Part shown: positions 10,675 through 21,705 of the stretch, piece by piece
Position numbering within the stretch: position 1 is the first letter of the stretch
Layout of the letters: every line of letters starts with the position of its first letter
Source of the DNA: Nitrosopumilus sp.
GTDB taxonomy: Archaea; Thermoproteota; Nitrososphaeria; Nitrososphaerales; Nitrosopumilaceae
Assembly: GCA_965218785.1 (NCBI GenBank)
Contig: OZ244650.1
Location: 1,696,001-1,760,000 of the forward strand
DNA: 64,000 nt
Reading direction: 5' to 3'
The notes under the pieces: model-generated
Told to the model about the DNA's origin: nothing
Database searches by the model: none
Seen by the model: the letters and a program-made list of their open reading frames with translations, nothing else
Program-made: the position numbers and the translations under genes

Positions 10675-11439
10675 TTAGAGCTTTGTTCCACACTCTTCAC
10701 AGAATTTAGAACCATCTTTATTTCCAAATCCACAGTTAGAACATTTACCTGGTTGACTGGCAGTTTCTGGAATTCCTAACAAAATCATTTCTCCAATTTT
10801 TTTGATATTATTCCATGGAATACTGCCTTCGGTTCCATCATTTTTAGTAATAACTAGAACCATTGATTGTGTAGAATCGATTCCTACTTGTTTTGCAACC
10901 CCGATCTTGTTTGCATTTTCATCAATTATGGGTCTTCCTTCAAGGGAGTCTATCGAGGTTGCCGGACCTGGCTGTGTAGTTGTTTCTTGCGGAGTCTGTG
11001 CAGGTTCTTGCGGGGTTGGTTTGGGTTCTTGCGGAGTCTGTGCAGGTTCTACAACTCGCTGTGGCGTGCTTTCTGTTGCAGGTTGTTCAGGTTTTGCACT
11101 TCCAATCTCTTTTGCCTCATCTTGTTTTTTGAATTCTCTGTATTCTGCAATTGTTGAATTACATGAATTGCATATGTATTGTCCCTTTTCAGCAAGAATC
11201 AGATTTTCTGCAATTTCCTCATTAGGATTCTCAAAATCCAATTTTGGAGGACCTTTGAATTCTTTTTCACACGTATTGCAAAAATGTTTAGAAATTTTTT
11301 CCGTATCTAGTCTGCCTATTGACGCCAAAAACAGATCAGGACCACCCAGATTCCCTTTCATTTGTTGTTTATCAGAAACATTGGCCATAACATAACCTCC
11401 AGAACCTCTTAATTTTTTAAGTCTAAACTCTGAACTCAT
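10675..11439 (-). CDS. zinc-ribbon/PRC-barrel-like protein
   Basis: CxxC pairs, Pro/Gln linker, C-terminal CSNC...FCEECG. Confidence 0.8.
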   Translation of the reverse strand: MSSEFRLKKLRGSGGYVMANVSDKQQMKGNLGGPDLFLASIGRLDTEKISKHFCNTCEKEFKGPPKLDFENPNEEIAENLILAEKGQYICNSCNSTIAEYREFKKQDEAKEIGSAKPEQPATESTPQRVVEPAQTPQEPKPTPQEPAQTPQETTTQPGPATSIDSLEGRPIIDENANKIGVAKQVGIDSTQSMVLVITKNDGTEGSIPWNNIKKIGEMILLGIPETASQPGKCSNCGFGNKDGSKFCEECGTKL

Positions 11440-11769
11440 GTCTGAGTTTTATCAAAACGTCATTTAACTGCTCGGTTCATTGTTATTATTTACTCAATCC
11501 CCTCCTTCCCCCACGTGCTCAAATTGAATAAAATATCCTAGATCCATTCAACGGATCAATAGGTGGTGGTAGGGTCATAACCACAAGAACACCAGAGGCT
11601 TGTCACTTTTGGCAGAATGGAAATATTTGGTACGTTGATGATTGTATGCCAAGATGGCAGAGATTGGGGAGGCTGGGAATCTAGGAACATTATCAAACTG
11701 ATGTGAGGGGTCATCCTTTTGTTAATTCTGGTGAACATTTTTAGGTACGATTAACAAAACACCAGTACA

Positions 11770-12096
11770 ATGGGAATTACGCAAATTTCAGATACAAAGT
11801 CTTGGGAAATCGATGTGATAAACTCGGATATTCCTGTATTTGTGGACTTTTGGGCCGAATGGTGTGGTCCATGTAGGATGGTAGGTCCTGTAGTCGAAGA
11901 ACTGGCAAATGACTATGATGGCAAGGTAAAATTTGTCAAAGTTAATGTTGATGAGGCAAATGAATTGGCATCAAAATACAACGTCTTTAGTATTCCAACC
12001 CTGATCATTCTTAACAAAGGCGAAATAGTTAGCCAGCAGGTAGGAGCCGCCTCCAAAGAATCATACAAAAGTATGATTGATAGGGCATTGGCCTAA
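11770..12096 (+). CDS. trxA: thioredoxin
   Basis: WAEWCGPC active site. Confidence 0.95.
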   Translation: MGITQISDTKSWEIDVINSDIPVFVDFWAEWCGPCRMVGPVVEELANDYDGKVKFVKVNVDEANELASKYNVFSIPTLIILNKGEIVSQQVGAASKESYKSMIDRALA

Positions 12097-12179
12097 GTTC
12101 CAAAAATACGTTTTTCTTCTTTTTATTTTGCTAAAACAGCAGTTCCAATGGTTTAATTACCGAACAAATTGACCAAACT

Positions 12180-12518
12180 TTGATAGATATGTCATATGAG
12201 CGAGAAAGAGAGATGTTTGATGCAAAGTGTGGTGACTGTGGAAAAGATTGCAAGATCCCATTCAAACCAAAAGAAGACAGACCTGTCTATTGTAATGATT
12301 GTTTCCAAAATCATAGATCTGCACCAAAAAGCGGTGGCAGGTTTGGTGACCGTTCAGGAAGTTTCAATCGAGGCTCAAGATTTGGTAGAAGAGATGACAG
12401 ACCACGCGAAATGTTTGATGCAAAATGTGGCGACTGTGGAAAAGATTGCCAGATCCCATTCAAACCAAAAGAAGACAGACCTGTCTATTGTAATGATTGT
12501 TTCCAAAATCACAGGTAA
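12180..12518 (+). CDS. tandem CxxC-x17-CxxC zinc-binding protein
   Basis: Two near-identical REMFDAKCGDCG...PVYCNDCF domains separated by an RG-rich linker. Confidence 0.88.
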   Translation: MIDMSYEREREMFDAKCGDCGKDCKIPFKPKEDRPVYCNDCFQNHRSAPKSGGRFGDRSGSFNRGSRFGRRDDRPREMFDAKCGDCGKDCQIPFKPKEDRPVYCNDCFQNHR

Positions 12519-12571
12519 AATTAGCTCGACCTATCCTAAAGTAATTAATATTCCAAAAATTAAGATCCAAC

Positions 12572-13102
12572 ATGTCATTTGGTGAAGTAGATACATTAGG
12601 CATGTTATTTAAAAAACTGGAAAGTTTGTTTGATGAATCTCAGGGATACTATGAGTCCTTTCTAGATACAAACAACATGTACAAGAAAGGTCAACTAAGT
12701 GACAAAGAATTCTTTCAAAAGTTAGGTGATTATACTGTTGCATATTCTGCACTGGAATTTTTAGCAGTCAAAGTACTATTTGAAATGGGAAAATCATTAA
12801 ACACTGGAACTGGCAATACGCAATCTCCTGGTTTGATGCCGGGAATGGGAAATCCTGGAATGATGCCAGGTGGAATACCTCCAAGATCAGGAACAGCAGA
12901 AAACCCAGTTGGTGGTGCAGGTCCGCCGGGAATTGTTTCGACAAAAGAAGCATTTGGCGATGTTGGAACCCTGCCATCACCGGATCCAGCTTTGATGCCA
13001 AGAAGAACCGTTATACAACCTGGTGGAAATGGATGCTCTTCATGCGGAGCAGAACTCAGATCAAACGCAAAATTTTGCACAAAGTGCGGAACCAAAACAT
13101 AA
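12572..13102 (+). CDS. zinc-ribbon domain protein
   Basis: C-terminal CSSCG...FCTKCG; Pro/Gly linker. Confidence 0.8.
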   Translation: MSFGEVDTLGMLFKKLESLFDESQGYYESFLDTNNMYKKGQLSDKEFFQKLGDYTVAYSALEFLAVKVLFEMGKSLNTGTGNTQSPGLMPGMGNPGMMPGGIPPRSGTAENPVGGAGPPGIVSTKEAFGDVGTLPSPDPALMPRRTVIQPGGNGCSSCGAELRSNAKFCTKCGTKT

Positions 13103-13118
13103 ACTAAAAATTATTTTA

Positions 13119-13478
13119 TTATTCTTGTGTCGTACCACATTCAGGACAGAATTTTGCAGTTGTAGAAAGACTGGTTCCACATTCAGAACAGAACTTTCCA
13201 TCTGTCTCCACTTCATTGTATGCATTTCCAACATTGGCAGAATTTCTGACTGCTCCGGATGGTTCGTATTTATCATCATCAATCAGTACCGGTTCAAAGT
13301 CTTGTTCTGTCAGAAAAGTCATCATTCTCGGAATTCCTTTTCCATCATTGCTAGGATCTGGAACTGAATCCCCCAACCAGAATGCAAATCTCATCAGAGT
13401 CAACTCTGGAGTTGAGAATGCCAGAGTATGCTTTGACATGTATTCTTGTGCAGCTTTTTTGCCGTCAAAAACTTCCAT
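13119..13478 (-). CDS. zinc-ribbon domain protein
   Basis: C-terminal FCSECG...FCPECG. Confidence 0.8.
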   Translation of the reverse strand: MEVFDGKKAAQEYMSKHTLAFSTPELTLMRFAFWLGDSVPDPSNDGKGIPRMMTFLTEQDFEPVLIDDDKYEPSGAVRNSANVGNAYNEVETDGKFCSECGTSLSTTAKFCPECGTTQE

Positions 13479-13522
13479 AGGGATAGTAATTTTTGTTTAT
13501 GTATAATGGTTTCTGGAAAAGG

Positions 13523-13594
13523 TGGACCGGGAGGGAATCGAACCCTCGACATCCTCGTTGCGAACGAGGCATTATGCCCCTAAACCACCGGCCC
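13523..13594 (-). tRNA. tRNA-Ala(CGC)
   Basis: Reverse complement folds as a cloverleaf; anticodon arm CCTCG-TT-CGC-AA-CGAGG; T-loop GTTCGATTC. Confidence 0.93.
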
Positions 13595-14208
13595 CCACAT
13601 TGCTTCTTTGCATGCTTTTTTATTCACTCTCTTAAGAAATGACCTGAAATTAGCCAGTAGTGCCTAGTGTGTTTCCACGGTAGTCATTACATGACAAATA
13701 ATGCCAGGTTTCCGAGTTTTACCATTGTTAACAAAACCCACGCCTATTTCATGGTTGGCAGTTCCATCCATATCTTGGGTTTCCTTGTATTTGAATGCCT
13801 ATTAGTATCCAATAGATGGGTTTTTCGGACCTTGGCTTAACAGAAGAAATTGGAGGAGAGGCAAAGTTTACTGTATATCACATCATGTTAAACGCCTGAA
13901 ATTCATGAATCACCAATACATCTTTGAATGTAAATGTAAATACAGCGTGAATGTCGCTGGCCATTTTGTGAGCTGGTTTTCCCCCTTTTGCAAATGCCCA
14001 AGTTTGAAACAGATTAGCACAAAATACTACAGTATACCCTGCTAGTCAGTAGAATGGTTTTTCCAGTCATTGAAATTCCCAGATTTTTTCTACTGAAATC
14101 AAACTAACATTTTATACATGCAGATAAAATTCCGTTTCATTCCCATATTCTATAGTAATATTGTGAAATTCTCAAAGAATAATAGACTGGTTGGCATAAA
14201 ACTTTCAG

Positions 14209-15612
14209 ATGACTTTTGATACCGTGATTACCGATTCACACATTGTACTTGCCCAAGGAATTGTAGACAAGAACATCATAATTGACGAGGGCAAGATTGT
14301 CGGATTTACAAATGATGTTCCAGCATGTGATCACAAAATAAACGGAGATGGATTGATCTCGATTCCAGGCCCGATTGACACTCATGTTCACTATGGCGTA
14401 TATTCCCCAATAAACAAAGCCGCTAAAACTGAATCACACGCTGCGGCAATTGGCGGGATAACTACCATGATGAGAATGCTCAGACTAGGGGATCCGTTTT
14501 CTAGATCACTGCAGGCCCAGCTTGATGCCGCATCTCAAAACCATTATGTGGATTATGCAATTCATGCCTCGATATTTACTCTACAGCAAATCAATGAGAT
14601 GAAATTCTGTGTTGAAAAAGGAATCACGTCTTTTAAGATTTACATGAATCTTGGTGGTGAAATAGGTCATGTATATATGGACATGCCCCCGGACTCGTCT
14701 GATCTTGTTGTGTCCCAGGTGGATGTCACTGATGAAATAGTCGAACAGACTGTAAAGGCAGCAGCTGGGCTTGGCTGTCCGGTACTTGTTCATGCAGAAG
14801 ACTATGAGTTATGCGGATGCGGGATTAAAACTGCAAGAGAGAAAAAACAGGATGGATTGTCTGCATGGTCCAAAAGCCGTTCTCCCGAATTTGAAGCAAA
14901 GGCAATTAAAACAGTTTCAAAGTTTGGACGGGATTATGATTGTGTGATTTATTTTGTTCATATTGGCTCTGCTCATGCTTTGAGACAAATTGAGGAGGAG
15001 AAAAAACTTGGAACGAAAATTTTCGTAGAGACATGTCCTCATTATCTTACATTATCTTATGAGAAACAGGAAGGATATCTTGCCAAAGTCATGCCTCCAA
15101 TAAGAACTGAAAATGACAGACAGGCAGTCTGGAACGCACTTTGTGCAAATCAAATCGATACTATTGGCACGGATCATGTTGCAAATCAACTCAAACTCAA
15201 ATTGGGCGGAGACGATGTCTGGGGGGCACTTGCGGGATTTCCCGGAATTGGAACCGTAATTCCGATATTGCTCAACTATGGCATAAATCAAAATAAAATA
15301 ACACTACAACAGTTTGTCCAGTTTACTAGTCGTAACGCGGCTCAAATCTTTGGAATGTATCCACAAAAAGGAACATTAGAAAAGAATTCTGATGCGGATA
15401 TTACAATGATTGATTTGAAAAAAGAAAAAAAGGTAGCATCGGAATTATTTGGTGGATTTTCAGATTATATCGTGTATGAGGGGAAAAATCTCAGGGGCTG
15501 GCCCGTAAAGACAATAGTTAGAGGTCAAATTATTGCCGATGACTTTAAAGTGGTTGGAAAACAGGGTTCTGGCAAGCTAGTTGAGCGAAATATTGACTTG
15601 ATTTCAAAATAA
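14209..15612 (+). CDS. cyclic amidohydrolase (dihydroorotase/hydantoinase/allantoinase family)
   Basis: IDTHVH, GGITT, VHAED, ETCPHYL, IGTDH motifs. Confidence 0.88.
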   Translation: MTFDTVITDSHIVLAQGIVDKNIIIDEGKIVGFTNDVPACDHKINGDGLISIPGPIDTHVHYGVYSPINKAAKTESHAAAIGGITTMMRMLRLGDPFSRSLQAQLDAASQNHYVDYAIHASIFTLQQINEMKFCVEKGITSFKIYMNLGGEIGHVYMDMPPDSSDLVVSQVDVTDEIVEQTVKAAAGLGCPVLVHAEDYELCGCGIKTAREKKQDGLSAWSKSRSPEFEAKAIKTVSKFGRDYDCVIYFVHIGSAHALRQIEEEKKLGTKIFVETCPHYLTLSYEKQEGYLAKVMPPIRTENDRQAVWNALCANQIDTIGTDHVANQLKLKLGGDDVWGALAGFPGIGTVIPILLNYGINQNKITLQQFVQFTSRNAAQIFGMYPQKGTLEKNSDADITMIDLKKEKKVASELFGGFSDYIVYEGKNLRGWPVKTIVRGQIIADDFKVVGKQGSGKLVERNIDLISK

Positions 15613-15694
15613 TATTCTAGATTTTTGTAATTAACTTGTGTTGTATGATTAGAATCAATGGATACCTTAAACAACATCAAGGACTGGCAGATTT

Positions 15695-16583
15695 GTGAAC
15701 AGAATCACAACGGGGGTTTTAACCATAATTATTCTGGGTATTTCCCAGATGGCCTTTGCTGATTCAGAAATAGATGAAAAATTAGAATTTGCAGGAACAT
15801 TGGAAGAAACACTGGGACACTTGGGTACTGGAGATTAATCTTGGTGAAAATAATGCAGAATTGGCAATGGTTCATGCAACACATCCCATCTCTGAATTGT
15901 ATCACACAATGAGCGGACATCTTGAGGCAAATCCAGAGTTTGATCAAAAACTTCAACAGACTCTGTTGGAGTTAAAGGATAGGGCAAGTACTGACGTTTC
16001 ACAAAGTCAAGCTCAAACAGCAATTGATAACGCCAAAGAGATCATTGAGGAAGCACGGGAAGTTGTAGTTGGCCAGAAATTAAGTGACAAGCCTGAATTT
16101 AAGATGCGATTAATCAATCAACTTCTTGAGACTTCAAAAGTTGAATACAGGGAAGCGGTATCTGATGGAATCATTGAAGAGGTGGCGGAATTTCAAGATG
16201 GCTCTGCATTTATCTGGCAATCTCAGCAAATATTCAATACTATCAAAGATATCAAGCCAGTTGATTTAGAACGAATCAATGAACGCTATGAACAGGTATG
16301 GTCTGATTTTGACTCGCGGGCAAATCCTGCGGATGTAACAGATTCCATAGATGCGATAATTTATGAATTTGAAGAATTGTCCGGAATTCAATCCGTTGCA
16401 TCAGAACATAAACAGGCATATCTTGCCGGCTTGTCTCCCTTAAAACAACTCAGAGAGGGAGCTGGGCCGGAAAATATTCAGTGCAGGTCTTTAATGGAAC
16501 TGATATTCAAACCATCCGGAGATCCTGCATGTGTAAAATCTTCAAATATTCAAAAACTAGTTGATTTGGGTTGGAGCCGGTGA
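15695..16583 (+). pseudogene. frameshifted secreted helical protein with a C-terminal SPLKQ...C...PACV...GW domain
   Basis: Frame from GTG 15695 encodes a signal peptide and DEKLEFAGTLEETLGH, then switches frame near 15820 into the 15789..16583 ORF (WVLEINL...). Confidence 0.65.
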
Positions 16584-16758
16584 TCCTACTTTTTATTTTA
16601 TAATTGATCCTCTTAAAAGGAAAAAAGTGTGTGGCTACTGGCCATCTTAATCTGGTTTGACAGCATCCAATTCATATCTGCTGCAAGTGACCTGATTCCG
16701 TTTAGAATTTTACCAGTAGGTATCAACATACAGAAACTTCAGTCATACCTGAATTGAT

Positions 16759-17433
16759 CTATAATATGTCAAATCTGCCGTTTGTTTTGGCCCTGTAAAT
16801 TATATCCGGTTTCCTAAGAAATATTCCAGATTCCAATACTCCGGCTGTTTGTTTGATTTTTTGTGTCAGCATCTTTGGGTTCTTTATTGTTCCAAAATCA
16901 CAATCCAGGATTATGTTGCCATTTTCTGTAAAGAACGTATAACCTCTATCCAAAGAACGCAGCTGTGCTGTTCCCCCCAGTTTATTGATGGAATTTGTTA
17001 CCAAAGTTCTTGCAAATGGGTGGGCCTCGATTGGAACGGTTCTTGTAAAATTTTTTACGAACTTTGTCGTGTCTGCCATAACTATGACTTTTTTTGCAAG
17101 ATTAAACAAAATATTTTCCCGCAGCAAGGCCCCACCGCCGCCTTTAATGACAAATTTATGCGAATCTATCTGATCCGCACCATCAAACATTACATCAATG
17201 TGATCTACTTGATCAGCTTCCACAAGCGGTATTCCTGCTTTTTCTGCAACTTGTTTAATTTGTAATGACGTTGGAATTCCTACAACATGATAGTCCTTTA
17301 TCTCAATTAGCTTTCCAAGTGATTTTACAAGCGTTGTTGCGGCTCTTCCACTTCCCAATCCAATAATGGAATAGTCTTTAACATGCCTTAGTGCGTCATT
17401 TGATAATGCCTTGATGGCACCATCATAGGACAA
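16759..17433 (-). CDS. rpiA: ribose-5-phosphate isomerase A
   Basis: GLGSG, DGADQ, IKGGGGALLRE, TENGN. Confidence 0.95.
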   Translation of the reverse strand: MSYDGAIKALSNDALRHVKDYSIIGLGSGRAATTLVKSLGKLIEIKDYHVVGIPTSLQIKQVAEKAGIPLVEADQVDHIDVMFDGADQIDSHKFVIKGGGGALLRENILFNLAKKVIVMADTTKFVKNFTRTVPIEAHPFARTLVTNSINKLGGTAQLRSLDRGYTFFTENGNIILDCDFGTIKNPKMLTQKIKQTAGVLESGIFLRKPDIIYRAKTNGRFDIL

Positions 17434-18399
17434 TTACTCTACCTCTGCCTGATCAAGTTTTGATAGTACTTTCATGATGTTGTCTTTGATCTTATCCAAA
17501 TCATCTGCATCATCATCATCATCATCATCAAAGTCATCATCTAGTGTTGTGACTTTTGGATTTCCTTCCATTCTTGGTCCTGGTAGTGCCTTGTGTTCTG
17601 TAATTTTTGCAACTTCCTTGTTAATATCGGGTTTTGTTTCCAATCCCTGTTTTGTTACCGGTGGGATAATCTCAATTTTGTCTCCAACATTTTGTCTTGA
17701 AATAGGAATGATTTCTCGTGTAATATCTTCTTTTGATGTAATAATTTCATTTTGAATTGTCTTTGGTTGTGACATTGGTTTTTCAATCTCATGTTTTGAT
17801 TCCTCAAATAATGGGAATTTTGGTTCCTTTCTTGAGATATTTGTCAAAGTGGTTAATTCAAATGACTGCCTTGATTTTGTTGCAGGAATTTCAATTGGTT
17901 TTATCTCTGTCTCTTTTGGTTTATCAAAGTTAAACGGTTTTGATTTGTATTTTGGTTCCTGTTTTTTCATTTCAGGTTCTTTCTTTGGAGGTTCTATTTT
18001 TGCACCTGTCATCTTTGATGAGATTTCATATAGTCTATCGTCTAGTTTTGACAATTTTTGATCCATCAGAGTAATCAAACCATCCCCAACTGGTCCCAAA
18101 TCAGGGTGTTTACTTGCTTGTTCAAGTTTTTCTAGCTTGGCTAAGACGATTCCTAATTGGTGCTGGTATTTCAGCAGCAGTCTGTCCTTTTTAATCTTGG
18201 AAAATTCTGAATCTGTTTGGTATAATCTTGAAACTGTTTTGGTGAGTATGTCTTTTTCAATTTTGAGAGAATTGATCTGGCTTTGGATGTGCGAACTTGC
18301 ACTAAGACTGAGTAATTTTTTATCTCTTGGCATTTTTCGCACGGCAGCAGCTGTAGCTACGCCGGCTAGTGAACTAAGAATAAGAACGATTTCTTGCAT
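17434..18399 (-). CDS. hypothetical protein (N-terminal anchor, coiled coil, acidic tail)
   Basis: 321-aa ORF in the lsm-rpl37e-rpiA string. Confidence 0.75.
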   Translation of the reverse strand: MQEIVLILSSLAGVATAAAVRKMPRDKKLLSLSASSHIQSQINSLKIEKDILTKTVSRLYQTDSEFSKIKKDRLLLKYQHQLGIVLAKLEKLEQASKHPDLGPVGDGLITLMDQKLSKLDDRLYEISSKMTGAKIEPPKKEPEMKKQEPKYKSKPFNFDKPKETEIKPIEIPATKSRQSFELTTLTNISRKEPKFPLFEESKHEIEKPMSQPKTIQNEIITSKEDITREIIPISRQNVGDKIEIIPPVTKQGLETKPDINKEVAKITEHKALPGPRMEGNPKVTTLDDDFDDDDDDDADDLDKIKDNIMKVLSKLDQAEVE

Positions 18400-18567
18400 C
18401 TATGTATACCATTTAATCCAGGAATACTTTCTGCGTTTGGCCTTTGGGAATCCACAACTTGCGCATTGGTGATGGCGCTTGTGCAACGAGTTTTTACCAC
18501 ATCTTCTACATCTGATGTGAACTTTCTTTTTGGTAAAACCACCCATAGAAGTTGTACCTTTCACCAT
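18400..18567 (-). CDS. rpl37e: 50S ribosomal protein L37e
   Basis: Hand translation [55 protein letters not shown]; missing from the ORF track (55 aa). Confidence 0.95.
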   Translation of the reverse strand: MVKGTTSMGGFTKKKVHIRCRRCGKNSLHKRHHQCASCGFPKAKRRKYSWIKWYT

Positions 18568-18577
18568 CGTACATCAC

Positions 18578-18814
18578 CTAATTTTGTGCCGGAGGAGGAG
18601 ATATCATAACTACATTGTCTCCTCTAACTACAATGGTTCCAAGGCCTTTAGAATCGCCTTCAGCAGGAATTTCCTCTGAAGAATCGAGTAGCAGGTTCAT
18701 GTGCTGGTCAAAACCAAGAAGGTTACCCCTGATGGTCTTGTTTCCTTTGAGCTTTATCAATACAACTTGATTTATGCTCTCATCTAGTACTTTTACTGCC
18801 ATATCAACGGACAT
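18578..18814 (-). CDS. Sm-like (LSm) RNA-binding protein
   Basis: Sm1 [10 protein letters not shown], Sm2 VRGDNV; classic linkage to rpl37e. Confidence 0.93.
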   Translation of the reverse strand: MSVDMAVKVLDESINQVVLIKLKGNKTIRGNLLGFDQHMNLLLDSSEEIPAEGDSKGLGTIVVRGDNVVMISPPPAQN

Positions 18815-18870
18815 TATATCACTTATTGACTATGATATTGAGGGATTATATTAAAATTTCATTGGTGTAA

Positions 18871-19602
18871 CTATAAGCCATGCTCAGTAAGGCAAGTTTG
18901 ACACTTTTTTCCCAAATTTTGGATGATTTCAGCTAAAATCGCCTGTCCGTCTTTCTTTGTAGCTTTTGTCGGATCGCCCCAAACCCCATTTTTTGTAGCT
19001 TTTGGGAATGACTGACTGGCCAGTTTCCCAAGTTTTCTGATTTGCTGGTCTGTCATCCCATCTGTAACTAATCCCTTCTTGGCTAATTTCATTTTGACGT
19101 TTTTTGAAATTGCCAACATTAGTGATGTTTCCACAAATCCGGCATGATCAAAGTCTCTTTTCATAAAATGCCAATAAGATAGTGGGAATATTCTGAGCCT
19201 GTTTTTGGAGGGTTTTTGTAGCCTTGCATCTATGTTCTTGATTGATTTTAGATTTCCATGATGTCCATTAATTATGAAAACCGTTTTGATGTTATTTGAT
19301 AAGAGTGAGGAGCACAAATCTGAAAGGACGGTACGCAGAGTTGATTCTTTGATACTTAGATTAAAAAACGGCGCATGCTCAAATGAGACACCATAATTGA
19401 TTGTTGGTAGAAGAAGATATCCCCTGTTTTTAGTTAATCTTTTTGCTACTTCAGTTACAATATCAGAGTCTGTCGATACGGGCAGGTGTGGTCCGTGCTG
19501 TTCTATTGAGCCAATTGGGATGACTGCAATCTGATTTTTCTTTTTGATTGATCTTCTAAGAACAGGATCAAGTTGTGTTTTGATATCTGACATGTAATTC
19601 AC
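18871..19602 (-). CDS. creatininase family protein
   Basis: GSIEQHGPHLP, NGHHGN, DHAGFVETS motifs. Confidence 0.9.
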   Translation of the reverse strand: MNYMSDIKTQLDPVLRRSIKKKNQIAVIPIGSIEQHGPHLPVSTDSDIVTEVAKRLTKNRGYLLLPTINYGVSFEHAPFFNLSIKESTLRTVLSDLCSSLLSNNIKTVFIINGHHGNLKSIKNIDARLQKPSKNRLRIFPLSYWHFMKRDFDHAGFVETSLMLAISKNVKMKLAKKGLVTDGMTDQQIRKLGKLASQSFPKATKNGVWGDPTKATKKDGQAILAEIIQNLGKKCQTCLTEHGL

Positions 19603-20441
19603 TTGGATTTGATGTGTACCTTTCTCCAGCGAACCTCTAGTTTGTTTTCTAGATGCATCTTCATTGCTTTGAGCAATGTGTCTGCTTCTAGTCTTTGCCC
19701 CTTTGTCTTGATTTTTTCTAGCGTATCATTTGGATCTACTTTAAATGAATCTTGGAATATGATAGGTCCTTGATCCAGACTCTCTGTAACGTAGTGTGCA
19801 GTGACTCCCACAATCTTTGTTCCTCTTTCGTAAGCTTGTGCATATGCCAGTGCTCCAGGGAATGCAGGCAGTATTGATGGATGGATGTTGATAATTCTAT
19901 TCGGATATCTCCAAACAAAGTTGGGGCTGAGAATCCTCATGTATCTTCCAAGCGATATCAAATCGATCTTGTATTTTTTACATATTTCAATGATTTTCTT
20001 TTCTGCTTTTTGTTGATCCTTTTCCTTTACTGTGACAAATGGAATCTTTGCTTTCTTTGCAAGTGGTGCAAGTGTGTTTTCCGTACCAACTATTACTGAA
20101 ATTTTTCCTTTGAGCAATTTTACATTACCAAGAACTTTTTTAAGACAAAGTGGTTCCTTTGTTACAAATACGGCGATATTTTTTTGCAAATTTGTTTCAT
20201 AATGTGTGCTTGCATCCATTTTTTCTTTTTTAGCTAGATTTTGTATTTCTGCATCAAATCTCTTCATATCGACCTTTTTTGAAAAAGATACTTTTAGATA
20301 CATTCCAAAAAGTCCCTTGATTACATTTTGATTTACTTTCTCAATATTTCCACCTTTTGAGAATGCAAAATTTGTAAATGTGGCTACTATTCCTTCTCTA
20401 TCTTTTCCAACTATTGTGATTCCCACTACGGTCTTTTTCAT
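19599..20441 (-). CDS. purU: formyltetrahydrofolate deformylase
   Basis: N-terminal ACT domain, INIHPSILPAFPG, LDQGPII. Confidence 0.88.
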   Translation of the reverse strand: MKKTVVGITIVGKDREGIVATFTNFAFSKGGNIEKVNQNVIKGLFGMYLKVSFSKKVDMKRFDAEIQNLAKKEKMDASTHYETNLQKNIAVFVTKEPLCLKKVLGNVKLLKGKISVIVGTENTLAPLAKKAKIPFVTVKEKDQQKAEKKIIEICKKYKIDLISLGRYMRILSPNFVWRYPNRIINIHPSILPAFPGALAYAQAYERGTKIVGVTAHYVTESLDQGPIIFQDSFKVDPNDTLEKIKTKGQRLEADTLLKAMKMHLENKLEVRWRKVHIKSK

Positions 20442-20493
20442 GACTTTTTGTTGTGAATTTTCTCATTATTAATCATTCACAGAAATGAAAGGG

Positions 20494-20513
20494 GTGCGGG
20501 AGATGGGATTTGA
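20494..20513 (-). repeat. att site (distal copy of the tRNA-Leu 3' end)
   Basis: GTGCGGGAGATGGGATT(T/C)GA; 19/20 identical to 51834..51853. Confidence 0.9.
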
Positions 20514-20963
20514 GATTTACATGTAGGGAATTATGGCTATTTTCCCCGTCATTTGTATTTGCATATTATAACTAGTATTGTATGGCATGCCTGGTTTTTA
20601 TCTATTACCCTTGTTCATTGGCAGATTTATGGTTTTCTTGGGGGGAGGAGGAGATCTGCAACTCTGGGATTTGATGGGTGCATGGACCGGTGAACAATGC
20701 CTTTTTCAAAGTCGATTTAATATGGATTGGTCAAATAAATGCAAAGAATTTAAATCAGTAAATCCTATTATCGGCATGTTGAATTACAGTCAGGTTATGA
20801 CTCAAATCTGCAGAAGGAGGACATGAGATGGTTTTTCCTTGCAAAGAAGACAAGAGCATATGCATTCAATCCAAGATCTCAGATCAAAGCGGGGGAAATA
20901 TGGCATTTGATGAATATGATTTTTTAACTGACTTTATGAGGACTGGGGGGGTTTGGACATAGT

Positions 20964-21239
20964 ATGAGTGTGTTAACCGGTGTTCTCAAAGTACAGTGTA
21001 CTGATGAAATTAAGGAGGACATTAGAAACAGTGGAAAAGCTGCATGTGTTTTGCTGATGGATGAAATCAAAAATCTGGATAATGTTGTAGATGTCTGGGC
21101 GCCCAAAGACAGACGGTTTGACATTGTTGTGGAGATAGACGCAACTGTGCAATCCCGTGTTAAAGAATTAATTTCAAATATTGAGAAATTACAGGGAGTT
21201 TTTAAAATCACACCGGACATCTCAATTGATGTAAAATAG
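20964..21239 (+). CDS. Lrp/AsnC ligand-binding (RAM)-like small protein
   Basis: FDIVVEIDA...IEKLQGV pattern. Confidence 0.55.
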   Translation: MSVLTGVLKVQCTDEIKEDIRNSGKAACVLLMDEIKNLDNVVDVWAPKDRRFDIVVEIDATVQSRVKELISNIEKLQGVFKITPDISIDVK

Positions 21240-21249
21240 CGAGAAAACC

Positions 21250-21705
21250 ATGACAGGCAGCAAGAGCAGGGTGTTAATGACGATACAAATTAAGAAAAAA
21301 TATCTGCCAGAGTTAAAGAGATCACTAAATGGAATTGCCGGGTTTAAAGGTGCATATCCGTTAACGGATGCACAAAATGTAGAAGATAACGTAGAGATGC
21401 AAGTGGTATTTACCAAGATAAACTCCAAATCCCATGTATACCTGGAAAGTTTCCTTAGGAGGCGAAAAGCAAAAATCGTTGACAATATGAAAGAAAATAA
21501 CGGAATAATTAATCCTGAATCCAAAAAGGCATTAAGAAACAGCATGCTTGCATTTTCACTTACGTTTGTTTCAACTATTTTCAGTGTAAATATTATATCT
21601 CCACAATTTGAGCTGACAGTTACTTTTTACGAAAGTTTGGCATACGGTGTTGGTCCTAGTTTAGGTGCATTTCTAGCCAATCTTATAATTCATTACAAAA
21701 CCTAG
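21250..21705 (+). CDS. hypothetical protein with two C-terminal TM helices
   Basis: 151-aa ORF 10 bp after the preceding gene. Confidence 0.6.
   Translation: MTGSKSRVLMTIQIKKKYLPELKRSLNGIAGFKGAYPLTDAQNVEDNVEMQVVFTKINSKSHVYLESFLRRRKAKIVDNMKENNGIINPESKKALRNSMLAFSLTFVSTIFSVNIISPQFELTVTFYESLAYGVGPSLGAFLANLIIHYKT

Noticed and set aside
11556-11740. Small ORF or C/D-box sRNA (TGATGA...CTGA) upstream of thioredoxin
   Set aside because: No clear internal C'/D' boxes and no recognisable protein motif.
20518-20527. TACATGTAGG next to the att site, matching the IS481 right junction
   Set aside because: Only 10 bp with no TIR behind it; compatible with chance.
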